This document shows positions 1 to 8,936 of a stretch of 64,000 bases of DNA, piece after piece. The notes under the pieces were generated by a model, which did not search any database, was not told the DNA's origin, and saw nothing but the letters and a program-made list of their open reading frames with translations. Position numbers and translations under genes: made by a program. This DNA comes from Candidatus Poribacteria bacterium (lineage in GTDB: Bacteria > Poribacteria > WGA-4E > WGA-3G): the NCBI GenBank assembly GCA_965198235.1, contig OZ240248.1, forward strand, positions 4,832,001 through 4,896,000, written 5' to 3'. Numbering within the stretch: the first letter of the stretch is position 1; each line of letters starts with the position of its first letter.

Positions 1-425
1 GTAAGTGTGCCGTGTGTCTGCTCGAAAATAGATGCCCGTAACACATTGGGGATGGCAATTCCCGCGTTAAACCCAATTAGGATAGCAATAGGATACCGAA
101 TTAGCCACGTATGCCGAGGGGACAACCGAGCAAAAAAGAGCAAACCGATTCCAATCGGAAATATTTTGAATAAACCGCTGAGTGCTTCACTTGTTTCTGG
201 CGTGGCTTCACCTTTTATTTCGGTCCCAAGTGCAATCATCGCCTCAGACAAGGGGTTCCAAGCTAACGGTATGAATCCTTGATGAATAGTAATAACAATG
301 CTATATCCAACCGATATTCCTACAAAGAGATGTTCTGCAAACCGATAAAACGGGTTATCTCGGTAGAGGAAACTGTAGATGCAAAGCGTCAGTAGTGCTG
401 CAATCCAGATACCAAAAATTTCCAT
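1..425 (-). CDS. Integral membrane protein, last visible gene of the DUF6754-type operon (runs off window edge)
   Basis: Not in the ORF track. ATG at 425-423, 4 nt after the upstream stop. Manual translation MEIFGIWIAALLTLCIYSFLYRDNPFYRFAEHLFVGISVGY... is multi-TM and open to the window edge. Confidence 0.8.
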   Translation of the reverse strand, partial: MEIFGIWIAALLTLCIYSFLYRDNPFYRFAEHLFVGISVGYSIVITIHQGFIPLAWNPLSEAMIALGTEIKGEATPETSEALSGLFKIFPIGIGLLFFARLSPRHTWLIRYPIAILIGFNAGIAIPNVLRASIFEQTHGTL

Positions 426-429
426 CAAT

Positions 430-1245
430 TTACTCCCCCCGCTGTCGATGAATGAAAAAAGCAATATTGCCCACAAAGACTAACCCGATAAGTAAAACAT
501 GCACGAAAGACGCTGTATTTAAGCCTACAGTTCCATCCCCGGGAATATTTAACAGTTTCTCATATTCAGTGGCTCCCAAATAACCCGGCATCAAGCCGAC
601 CAATTGCCCAGTTTGCAAGAACGGATACATCTGTGCGATAATGACACCGGTAACTCCAGCAGCAATCTTCAAATTGTATCTCGTGTTCGCATAGATAATC
701 CAAGCCTCCGTCGAGCTTCCAGCAGCAAGGTCAAGTAGCAAGGCAATCTGATCGTAGTTCGTAATATTTTTCATCATCGGAATTTCGGTAATTGCCGTTC
801 CCCCGTAATCGGTTTTGAAAACACTCGCGATATTAGTCCCCATCCCAAGAATAACCTGTAATGCTCCGGGTCGGTAACCCAAAAAAACATAATCATCACC
901 ATAGGTTGCGTCGTTTTCCTCAGCGATCTTTCGCATGAGTCTATCTGCCAGGGTGGGCATATTAGCATAAAGGGTCATTCCGATGACGTTCACGTCTTTA
1001 TTAAAGCAGTGTCGTAGCACTGCTTTTGCCATTGGTTCTGGTTCGGCTAAAGAGGAAGGACCGTAATCGAAAGCGATCATAATGGTTGCCCCTGGAGGAA
1101 GTTCGTCAATATAGTCATAGAGTTTCTGTGTTGGTTCGGACACCCTCGTCGGTAGTCTGATTGGGATAAGAGTTGGGATGATAACGACTAAAGCAACTAA
1201 TATAAAAATCACCCGCCGGTCTATATTCATCAATTTATTGAACAT
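430..1245 (-). CDS. Membrane-anchored protein of unknown function (N- and C-terminal TM, central alpha/beta domain)
   Basis: 271-aa ORF with hydrophobic ends, tightly coupled to its neighbours; SD GGAGGAG upstream. Confidence 0.8.
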   Translation of the reverse strand: MFNKLMNIDRRVIFILVALVVIIPTLIPIRLPTRVSEPTQKLYDYIDELPPGATIMIAFDYGPSSLAEPEPMAKAVLRHCFNKDVNVIGMTLYANMPTLADRLMRKIAEENDATYGDDYVFLGYRPGALQVILGMGTNIASVFKTDYGGTAITEIPMMKNITNYDQIALLLDLAAGSSTEAWIIYANTRYNLKIAAGVTGVIIAQMYPFLQTGQLVGLMPGYLGATEYEKLLNIPGDGTVGLNTASFVHVLLIGLVFVGNIAFFIHRQRGE

Positions 1246-1248
1246 ATA

Positions 1249-1899
1249 TTAATCTCCTCCTCCTAAGTAAGAGCGTTCAATGCCCAAGATAATCCGAATG
1301 GATTGTGAAATAACACCCAAGCTCACCCCAAGGATAATACCGCGCCGTGATGCGAGGTTGGGGATGTCTAAAATCCATTGGCGTGCTTTTGAAGCACCGT
1401 CTTCCAAAGGAATCCACGACAGAACAGTATTCCAGATGAGGTCTCCTACGGGTACATTTCCCATCATCACAATCATTGCGGTAACGAGGAGCAAAGTTGC
1501 TTCAAACGTTCGGGCACGGAAGGCACGGTACGCCGCAGAAGCAATAAAAAAGGCAAGTAAGGAAAACATCGTTGCGTCCAATGGGACTTGCACGTTGTTG
1601 TATAACCACTCAAATATAGGGTTTTGCGGTCCAAACGGAACACCTATTAGAACCATAACGACTATGCCCACAAAAACAATGAAACTGTATTGCCAATGCT
1701 CTGTGCGTCGACGAACCCGCGCTATGTGCGTTTGGACAAGTGTGGCAACCGCCAAAACCAACGCGAAAGGTAATATTATGAGTCCCCAGTCAATAACCTC
1801 TTCGTAAAGTTTTTGTGAGTGTGGATGTGGACTAAATTGGGTAAAGATCATCACAACCCCGAAAATAAAACAGAGTGCTAAGGGTACTTGTCGTTTCAT
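1249..1899 (-). CDS. Multi-pass membrane protein of unknown function
   Basis: 216 aa, ~5-6 TM; motifs FSLLAFFIASAAYRAFRAR and RIILGIERSYLGG; SD GGAGG. Confidence 0.8.
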   Translation of the reverse strand: MKRQVPLALCFIFGVVMIFTQFSPHPHSQKLYEEVIDWGLIILPFALVLAVATLVQTHIARVRRRTEHWQYSFIVFVGIVVMVLIGVPFGPQNPIFEWLYNNVQVPLDATMFSLLAFFIASAAYRAFRARTFEATLLLVTAMIVMMGNVPVGDLIWNTVLSWIPLEDGASKARQWILDIPNLASRRGIILGVSLGVISQSIRIILGIERSYLGGGD

Positions 1900-1907
1900 G
1901 AAACCTC

Positions 1908-3053
1908 CTAACGGACTCTCTGTAAGAGCGATGTGATCCAGTTGACACCGGATAATTCCAGAATCACGCCAAGCACAACTGCCGCAAAAATAACGATCTT
2001 ACCCCAATCTTGCCCTTTAAGACTACCTAAGAACATAGGATCTTTGGATAAGTAAGCCGTCGCAGCGTAGAGTTCTTCACCAATTAAGGTATAATCACAC
2101 GCTGCGATAAAGAATGGGAGCTGATGTTCGGAATCTGTCCCTGCAATCTGTATTGCCCCGATAGAATTACCGGTTTCAGCCATGAGAAGCGATTCGGCAT
2201 AAAATTGACCTTGTAAAAATACCGCTGCCGGTTTTTCACGAACCATAATACCATCTACACCCGCGGCATAAGCAAACTGACTATCGGTAAGAAAGAAGAT
2301 ATTTTCTTCGTTATAGGCATCGGGACGTCCCTCATCAAGGTAGGACGTTTTCACCATCTCGCGCACGACATTAAGTACAATCGGGTCATTACAAGGCACC
2401 CGCAGTGGCGTTTCATAGTCTGCTGTCCGTCGTGCTATTTGTCCCAGAATTGTCATGCTGGCAATAGTAGCGACATTGTCTACGCCACCTAATCCTAGTA
2501 CGTAGAGGATGGAGCGCCCCATCTCTGTGGCTCTGCCGATGGCTTCATCGACAGCTTCAAGTCCAGGGATGCGCCGGACGAATACCTCTTTACCGCTTCT
2601 CGCATCATAGATATTCCAAAGAATCGCTGCGGAAAAAAGGAGCATGGCGATCAGTAGTGGAACTTTGCCGGTGTGAAACCATTCGCCTGTCCCTTTAACC
2701 GGGGCAGTTTCGTTAGAATTCACTGTTGCTTCTGTGTCGCTAACAGCACGCACCATGTAGGCGTAAGCATTGCCTTTTTCGATAGAGGCATCAACGTAGG
2801 ACGTTGTTCCAGCAGGTAGCAGCCCCCCAATTTCTTCGAGACCGCCGCCTGCAATCCGGCGCAGGATTTGATACCCGCTGATACCGCTATCCTCTGGTGC
2901 TGCATCCCACTTAATCGTGACACCGCTGCCGTCGTCGTTTGGCGTGTCCACTGCCGTGACGTTTGACGGTGGCGCAAGTCCTTGGCTGAATGCAGTGCTA
3001 ACGCTAACGCATAAAACCAAGCAGACGACTATCCAGTGAGTTGTTTTTATCAT
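1908..3053 (-). CDS. Signal peptide + fibronectin type III domain + DUF6754-like membrane domain
   Basis: FN3 pattern (PPSNVTA..VTIKWDA..GYQILRR..YVD..YAYMVRAV); C-terminal RRIPGLEAVDEAIGRATEMGR...LIGEELYAA..YLS..LKGQD. Confidence 0.8.
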   Translation of the reverse strand: MIKTTHWIVVCLVLCVSVSTAFSQGLAPPSNVTAVDTPNDDGSGVTIKWDAAPEDSGISGYQILRRIAGGGLEEIGGLLPAGTTSYVDASIEKGNAYAYMVRAVSDTEATVNSNETAPVKGTGEWFHTGKVPLLIAMLLFSAAILWNIYDARSGKEVFVRRIPGLEAVDEAIGRATEMGRSILYVLGLGGVDNVATIASMTILGQIARRTADYETPLRVPCNDPIVLNVVREMVKTSYLDEGRPDAYNEENIFFLTDSQFAYAAGVDGIMVREKPAAVFLQGQFYAESLLMAETGNSIGAIQIAGTDSEHQLPFFIAACDYTLIGEELYAATAYLSKDPMFLGSLKGQDWGKIVIFAAVVLGVILELSGVNWITSLLQRVR

Positions 3054-3074
3054 AAATATTATATTCCTCGTTTG

Positions 3075-3235
3075 TAGCTGTCGGTTATTGATTAAATGCT
3101 TGTGGCGGTTGCCTGTTTCGTTGCTACCACAAACAACTAAAATTAGAGAAATCTAATGAATCCGAGATTCAGACAAGTAACTAACCGCTACGAGCGGCTC
3201 CTGTCTGACAGCCGACAGCCGATAACTGACAGCCA
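3075..3235. repeat. Heptamer-armed palindromic element (family A), intergenic copy
   Basis: Left arm tagctgtcggttattg; right arm ctgacagccgacagccgataactgacagcca; inner ttgtggcggttgc...accacaa shared with the 43954 copy. Confidence 0.75.
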
Positions 3236-3236
3236 T

Positions 3237-4325
3237 TCAAAAACATTGCGCTATAGCTTCTAAAACGTGCCGATCGTCTATATCGTCGCGGATAACAACT
3301 TCTCCGATACGCGTCGGCAGGATGAGGCGGAGTTTACCGCCTAATGTCTTTTTATCTAAATACATCGCATCACATAAGGCTTCCGGGGTGAGGTCAGTCG
3401 GAAAAGTAATTGGCAATTTCGCACGCTTTAGGAGGGTCCGTTGCCGTTGAAAATCGGTCTCAGAGAACATTCGCAAATTGGTAGCTAACTGCGCCGCACA
3501 ATTCATACCGATAGAAACCGCTTCGCCGTGTCGATATCTGTTGTAGTGTGTCAGTGCTTCCAGCGCGTGTCCAAAGGTGTGTCCATAATTTAGCACCATC
3601 CGCAGCCCGCTCTCTTTCTCATCTTTAGCGACAATTTCTGCCTTGTTGACACACGCTTGTGAAATTATCTCAATAAGCGTTGTGTCGTCTAAGTTTAAGA
3701 TAGCCTCCAAATTTTCTTCAACCCTTTCAAACAGCGGTTCATCGCGGATAACACCCATTTTAATAACTTCGATAAGTCCTGCGCGGATGTCACGTTGCGT
3801 TAAGGTCTTGAGCGTATCTACGTCAATGACGACCAGTTTCGGTTGATGAAACGCACCGATGAGGTTTTTGCCTTTTGGGTGATTAATTGCTGTCTTGCCG
3901 CCGACGCTCGCGTCAACTTGCGCTTGCAGCGTCGTTGGCATCTGAACGTAAGGAATGCCGCGCATGTATACCGCTGCGGCGAAACCAGCCAAATCGCCGA
4001 TGACACCACCACCGAGAGCAATGAGCATTGAACCCCGATCGAGTTGATGTTCTACCAAACTATCCTGTATTCGGGAGAACTGTGGCAATGATTTGCTCTC
4101 TTCGCCAACGGGCACTTCAATCGCGCGGACATCAAGCCCGACATCTTTGAGGCTCCTCAGAACAACGGGCATATAACGCTTTTTGACAAAGGCATCCGAA
4201 ACGATGAGCACCTTATTTGATTTCGTATGTGGTATAAGGAGTTCTCCAACACTGTTGAGGAGTCCTGTCCCGACAGCAATTGGATAGCTATTATCTCCGA
4301 GTTCCACGTGTAAGGTTTTCGTCAT
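3237..4325 (-). CDS. aroB: 3-dehydroquinate synthase
   Basis: GGGVIGDLAGF, PTTLQAQVDASVGGKTAIN, GKNLIGAFHQP, LNYGHTFGHALE, HGEAV. Confidence 0.97.
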   Translation of the reverse strand: MTKTLHVELGDNSYPIAVGTGLLNSVGELLIPHTKSNKVLIVSDAFVKKRYMPVVLRSLKDVGLDVRAIEVPVGEESKSLPQFSRIQDSLVEHQLDRGSMLIALGGGVIGDLAGFAAAVYMRGIPYVQMPTTLQAQVDASVGGKTAINHPKGKNLIGAFHQPKLVVIDVDTLKTLTQRDIRAGLIEVIKMGVIRDEPLFERVEENLEAILNLDDTTLIEIISQACVNKAEIVAKDEKESGLRMVLNYGHTFGHALEALTHYNRYRHGEAVSIGMNCAAQLATNLRMFSETDFQRQRTLLKRAKLPITFPTDLTPEALCDAMYLDKKTLGGKLRLILPTRIGEVVIRDDIDDRHVLEAIAQCF

Positions 4326-4864
4326 TTTGGGTTCCTGGTGCTTTTCCTAAATATCCGTTTGATGTGAGTGATGATTTCACCGAATGAGCGTCCCGTCGTC
4401 CTTATCATATGATCGGCTTCTGCATAGTAGGGATGTCGTTCCGCCAACATCGACTGGATCTTCGCGAGTGGGTCAGGAGCTTGGAGTAACGGTCGGTGTG
4501 TCTGGTGCCCCACCCGCTTGTAGATCTCCTCGGCTGTTGCTGTTAGGCAGAAGACAATGCCGTTTCGCTTTAACTCTGTCATATTGGCTTCTTTCAAAAC
4601 GACACCGCCACCGGTGGAAATAACGTGGTTGTGCAGTTTCGACATCTTACGAACGGCTTCGCTCTCAAGCTCTCGAAAAGCAGGTTCCCCATCTTCCGCG
4701 AAGATGTCACTGATGCGCCGCCCACTATCCCGTTCAACAATATCATCTGTATCCACGTAGCGCATCCGAAGTTGTGAGGAAATCCGTCTTCCGATAGAAG
4801 TTTTTCCTGTGCCCATAAAACCGACAAGCACAATATTGTGGCTTTTTTTGACAGGTCGTTGCAC
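4322..4864 (-). CDS. aroK: Shikimate kinase
   Basis: GFMGTGKT P-loop, DTD, GEPAFRELE, STGGG, RPLL; overlaps aroB start. Confidence 0.96.
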   Translation of the reverse strand: MQRPVKKSHNIVLVGFMGTGKTSIGRRISSQLRMRYVDTDDIVERDSGRRISDIFAEDGEPAFRELESEAVRKMSKLHNHVISTGGGVVLKEANMTELKRNGIVFCLTATAEEIYKRVGHQTHRPLLQAPDPLAKIQSMLAERHPYYAEADHMIRTTGRSFGEIITHIKRIFRKSTRNPK

Positions 4865-4884
4865 CTGATTTCCACCCCTTAATA

Positions 4885-5131
4885 TAGTTGTTAGTTATCA
4901 GTTATCAGTTAAAGAGGTCATTGGTAACAATTTCTTTCTGGGGTACTCCGGCGGAGGCAGTTTGTTACAAAGAAATCCCTTAAATAGAACAATTTAGTTT
5001 TCGGATTTCTGTCGGTTCTGTGGGATAAACCGCGCCCTAAAGGTCGCTCCTACAGCGAGATGTCGGGATTCGGAGATCCCTCCTATTGGAAAACTAAATG
5101 ACCCTACCCCTCAACTGACAACTGATAACTA
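4885..5131. repeat. Family A element with AT-rich heptamer arms enclosing REP-like hairpins
   Basis: tagttgttagttatcagttatcagttaaagagg ... aactgacaactgataacta form inverted heptamer arms. Confidence 0.7.
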
Positions 5132-5163
5132 TTATAGCACTTTTGAAAAATATTGCAAAGGTT

Positions 5164-5192
5164 TTGCACCAATTTTTAAGGTATGGTATAAT
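5164..5192 (+). promoter_or_regulatory. Sigma70-type promoter for the GNAT-GNAT-GT operon
   Basis: TTGCAC-17 nt-TATAAT, with extended -10 TG. Confidence 0.6.
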
Positions 5193-5252
5193 TACAGCGT
5201 GATTGTAAGTCTATCACAAACGCAGGAGCAGCGTACGAAAAGGAGAACGCAG

Positions 5253-5849
5253 ATGGCACGACAGCTCAGAATGGCACGTCCCAATTTAGAAGATTTACCT
5301 GAACTGGAACTCCCGCCAGGCTACGGCATGCGAACCTATCGTGAGGGAGATGAGGTGCATTGGGCACATATCATTAGCGACTCGTTTGGGGGCAGGAAAC
5401 GCACCGCCCAAGATACGAAGAATGAGATCACTGGCAGAGATGTATTCATTCCTGATGGACTCTACTTCGCAACACATCAGGATATTCCTGTTGGAACTGC
5501 TTGTGCATGGCGGGAATCTGTAGATGAGAAGGATGTCGGATATGTGCACATGGTAGGCGTTGTCGCTGAACACACCGGACACAAACTTGGAACATGGGTC
5601 TCGCTCGCTGTTCTTATCTACTTCCGCGACAACGGATTCAAATGCTCGATGCTGGATACTGACGATTTCCGTGTTCCTGCTGTCAAGACCTATCTGAATT
5701 TAGGGTTTATACCTGTTTACGTTGAAGAGGGGCAGTCAGAACGATGGCAGAAGATTTTTGAGAAATTGGGACTCCCCTCTATGTCAGCGCAAATCGAGAA
5801 CGTTAGAGAAACGCTCCCTGAGGAACTGTGGACGAAAGTCTCATGTTAA
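5253..5849 (+). CDS. GNAT family N-acetyltransferase
   Basis: VGVVAEHTGHKLG acetyl-CoA loop; PAVKTYLNLGF; SD AAGGAG before ATG 5253. Confidence 0.9.
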   Translation: MARQLRMARPNLEDLPELELPPGYGMRTYREGDEVHWAHIISDSFGGRKRTAQDTKNEITGRDVFIPDGLYFATHQDIPVGTACAWRESVDEKDVGYVHMVGVVAEHTGHKLGTWVSLAVLIYFRDNGFKCSMLDTDDFRVPAVKTYLNLGFIPVYVEEGQSERWQKIFEKLGLPSMSAQIENVRETLPEELWTKVSC

Positions 5850-5856
5850 AAATAGG

Positions 5857-6384
5857 GTGGAAGACCAACTCAGAATGATTCGGCACAGTTTGGAAAATCT
5901 ACCGACGCTCCAGTGTCCTGACGGGTATCACATCCGCACCTATCGACAAGGAGACGAGACACATTGGGCGCGAATAATGGACATAGCCTTCGTAGACAAG
6001 GGACGAACCGCCCAAGATACCTACGCTGACATTATTAGCCAACCCAATTTTGATCCAGATGGCTTCTGTTTCGTTATTCACAAAGATGTTCCTATCGGTA
6101 CAGCGTGTGCTTGGAAGGAATCTCTTCGTGGCAAACCGATTGGCTACATTGACATGCTCGCTGTGCTGCCGGAGCACACTGGGTATAGACTGGGAAAATG
6201 GCTAACAGTGTTTCTCCTGCACTATTTTAAAGCGCGACGTGTGGCATCCGTAATGTTAGACACAGACGATTTTCGACTCCCTGCAATCAAAAATTACCTC
6301 AACTTAGGGTTTGTTCCTGTTTATGCAGGTGAAAACCACCTGCTACGTTGGCGAAGTATTTTTGAAAAACTGGACATCTTCTAA
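5857..6384 (+). CDS. GNAT family N-acetyltransferase (tandem paralog)
   Basis: LAVLPEHTGYRLG; MLDTDDFRLPAIKNYLNLGF; start placed at GTG 5857 by alignment with the upstream paralog. Confidence 0.88.
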   Translation: MEDQLRMIRHSLENLPTLQCPDGYHIRTYRQGDETHWARIMDIAFVDKGRTAQDTYADIISQPNFDPDGFCFVIHKDVPIGTACAWKESLRGKPIGYIDMLAVLPEHTGYRLGKWLTVFLLHYFKARRVASVMLDTDDFRLPAIKNYLNLGFVPVYAGENHLLRWRSIFEKLDIF

Positions 6385-6386
6385 AA

Positions 6387-8171
6387 ATGAGGGTACTTCT
6401 CGCGGTGAGAAACTATTTCCGTTTACCGAGTAGTTTTGTTATATCTGCGATTCTCATCAGCGGCTTCAGTTTCCGCCTTATCGGCATAAACATCGGCTTG
6501 CCTGATTCTCCTGACCCACGTGAAGTGCTAATCGCACGAGATGTGCTGAATCTAACCCACTTCACGGCACCACCTCAAATCTACAACTGGCCCGGAACAG
6601 CATGGTTTTACATTATTGCTGGGATAGGTAAATTACTGTCGCTTGCTGGTTTGCAGCTAACGGAGGCCCGCGTAATTTTATTGGCACGCAGCATCAACGT
6701 TCTATTGTCTACGGCGACACTTTGGTTCACCTATCGCATCGGAGTTCACTGTTACAGTAAACGTATAGGTCAGATTGCAGCAGGATTGCTCGCTGTTGCG
6801 ATGTTACATGCCACGAATGAATCGCGTTTTGCCCTTGTTGACATCCCCGCGACTTTCTGTGTAACGCTGTTTCTCTGGCTCGTGATGCGTGCGCGGTCTT
6901 CTTCAGTTGCGCCTACATTTCAAACTGCGGTATGGCTCGGTGTCATCGCCGGGGTTGGTTTCGCAGTCAAATTTACAACCGTTTTTGTAGGTTTCTCTCT
7001 GCTGGTCTTTATCAGAAGTGAAGGTTTTTATAAAAAATTAGCAACAATCATCGGTATTTCCGTATTAACCTTTACGTTCCTCTGCCCATATTGGCTCATT
7101 GATCTGGTTTCACCGGAGTGGAATCTTTTTTTTGAGGACTTCTGGTATGAAGCCACTCATTATCACCGCGGGCATTTCGGTCTCATCGCTGCGGCGGAAT
7201 CTGGGTTGTTACATCGATTTATCTATCTGTGGACGCTCCTGAAATGGGGCATGGGGTTGCCACTCGCACTCCTTGTCAGTTTGGGGGTCTTGTGTGCGCT
7301 CGTGTCGCTTAAAGCGGTCAGCAGTCACGCATGCTTCGCAGTGAGAACAGTCGGAAACCAGAGAACCTTGTGGCATTCAAGTGAAATGTGCATGCCACAC
7401 ACCGACAGCCGACAGCCGATGGTTTCCGATAGCCAATACTCAGAAGTACTCTTGCTGGCTTTCGTTATTCCCTACCTACTATTTATCGGGGTACATAAAG
7501 TTAAGTTTGCACGCCATCTACTGATACTCTATCCGGCACTCACTGTGCTCGCCGCAGCCGCGTTCACACGCTTTCCAAGCATTGTGGGAACTCTATTACA
7601 GTCGGTACGTCCACGCGAGACTGTGAATTTTCTGCATTCCACTGAAAGGCTTAACACATTTAGGAAAGGGTTTGGTATAATCTTCGGTGGTGTTGTCGTG
7701 CTTCACTCATTAGTTTATACCGTTTCCTTTGCCTCTATCCTGTTCTCGCAACCCACTAAGATTGCAGCATCCAATTGGATAGCCGCGCACATTCCTCCAG
7801 AGGAATCTATTGCTATTGCTCCAGAGGTGCTATTCGATTGGCTTCTTCCTGAATTAGACTTCGTAGGGACAAATGAAAAGGTAAAGTGGGTGCTTATCCT
7901 TGTGCCGAATCTTGACGTGTTCCGTAAATACCAAAAGGCTCCTCAACGTTACCAAGATGAAGATTGGTATCCTCTCAGTGGGATTGAATTCGAGGAGGTA
8001 CTTGCGTTTTACACGCGAGTCTTAGGGGAAGGGGGTCGGTATGAATTGCATAAAACATTCCGATGCCCACCGAAGTTCTTAGGTATCCGAATAATATCCG
8101 ATAGCGGTGCCCCGTTTCCGATGCGAGCCCTTGCACATCCAGAATTCCGCATCTATCGTCGGCTCTATTGA
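6387..8171 (+). CDS. GT-C fold (ArnT/PMT, GT39/83-like) membrane glycosyltransferase
   Basis: Multi-TM; PDPRE loop, SRFALVD, GFAVKF, FARHLL; carries an in-frame repeat insertion. Confidence 0.8.
   Translation: MRVLLAVRNYFRLPSSFVISAILISGFSFRLIGINIGLPDSPDPREVLIARDVLNLTHFTAPPQIYNWPGTAWFYIIAGIGKLLSLAGLQLTEARVILLARSINVLLSTATLWFTYRIGVHCYSKRIGQIAAGLLAVAMLHATNESRFALVDIPATFCVTLFLWLVMRARSSSVAPTFQTAVWLGVIAGVGFAVKFTTVFVGFSLLVFIRSEGFYKKLATIIGISVLTFTFLCPYWLIDLVSPEWNLFFEDFWYEATHYHRGHFGLIAAAESGLLHRFIYLWTLLKWGMGLPLALLVSLGVLCALVSLKAVSSHACFAVRTVGNQRTLWHSSEMCMPHTDSRQPMVSDSQYSEVLLLAFVIPYLLFIGVHKVKFARHLLILYPALTVLAAAAFTRFPSIVGTLLQSVRPRETVNFLHSTERLNTFRKGFGIIFGGVVVLHSLVYTVSFASILFSQPTKIAASNWIAAHIPPEESIAIAPEVLFDWLLPELDFVGTNEKVKWVLILVPNLDVFRKYQKAPQRYQDEDWYPLSGIEFEEVLAFYTRVLGEGGRYELHKTFRCPPKFLGIRIISDSGAPFPMRALAHPEFRIYRRLY
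7314..7435. repeat. Family A element inserted in frame in the glycosyltransferase
   Basis: gcggtcagcagtca ... ccgacagccgacagccgatggtttccgatagcca; encodes AVSSHACFAVRT...TDSRQPMVSDSQ. Confidence 0.8.
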
Positions 8172-8214
8172 ATAGTGCGGTGAAGTGTAAAGACATAGCG
8201 CCGCGCGCAGTCGT

Positions 8215-8865
8215 TTACATAAGCGGGATCTTGAAATGACTTTTCTGGATAGGCACGATCGTTGATAGGATTTGATGAAGCACATCTGCTGCAGTCGTGT
8301 CGGCATCAATGATTCGAACCAAGTCTTGAGGGTAGTAATCAATTAAGGGTTCGGTCTCTCGTTTGTAAACATCCCACCGGTAGCGAACGACGATTTCTTC
8401 GGAATCGTCGATTCGATTTTCTTTCAGTGACCGTCCCCGGATACGTTTAAACATCACTTCTCGGTCTTCACAGACCATGTAGATCACCTTAAAAAGTTTT
8501 ATATAGGGTGCTATCAGACCAGCTTGTGTGATGTTCCGTGGGATGCCATCAAGGATGAGCAGATCGCTTTCAGGCGTGTAAATCTGCTCACGGACTTTAG
8601 CCGCCATGTAGTCTTGCCAGATTCCGATCGTAATGTGATCTGGGACTAATTTACCGATCCCGGCGTATTCTTGGAAAATCTGTCCGCATTTGGAATTGAT
8701 ATCAAGTTCGCGGAACATATCTCCACTGGAGACATGGAAAATGCCAGGGATTTGTGCCAGCATTTTCCCCTGTGTTCCCTTACCAACACCAGGGGGACCA
8801 ACAAGCATCACTGCTTGATAACACGGTCCATCCGCCTCGTGTAGAGGGCTTTTATCCGTTATCAT
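8215..8865 (-). CDS. adk: Adenylate/nucleoside monophosphate kinase (short LID)
   Basis: GPPGVGKGTQ, HVSSGDMFR, GKLVPD, LDGIPRN, RIDD. Confidence 0.88.
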   Translation of the reverse strand: MITDKSPLHEADGPCYQAVMLVGPPGVGKGTQGKMLAQIPGIFHVSSGDMFRELDINSKCGQIFQEYAGIGKLVPDHITIGIWQDYMAAKVREQIYTPESDLLILDGIPRNITQAGLIAPYIKLFKVIYMVCEDREVMFKRIRGRSLKENRIDDSEEIVVRYRWDVYKRETEPLIDYYPQDLVRIIDADTTAADVLHQILSTIVPIQKSHFKIPLM

Positions 8866-8936
8866 GTCTGTTCTTGTCCTCTGCCGCCTTTACTCCTCTT
8901 CGTTGAGTTAGCGCGTTTTACAAAATATAATAAACC

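Noticed and set aside
7-282. 91-aa plus-strand ORF
   Set aside because: Antisense shadow of the minus-strand membrane gene starting at 425
5722-5856. N-terminal extension of the second GNAT from TTG 5722
   Set aside because: Overlaps the first GNAT by >120 nt; paralog alignment places the start at 5857
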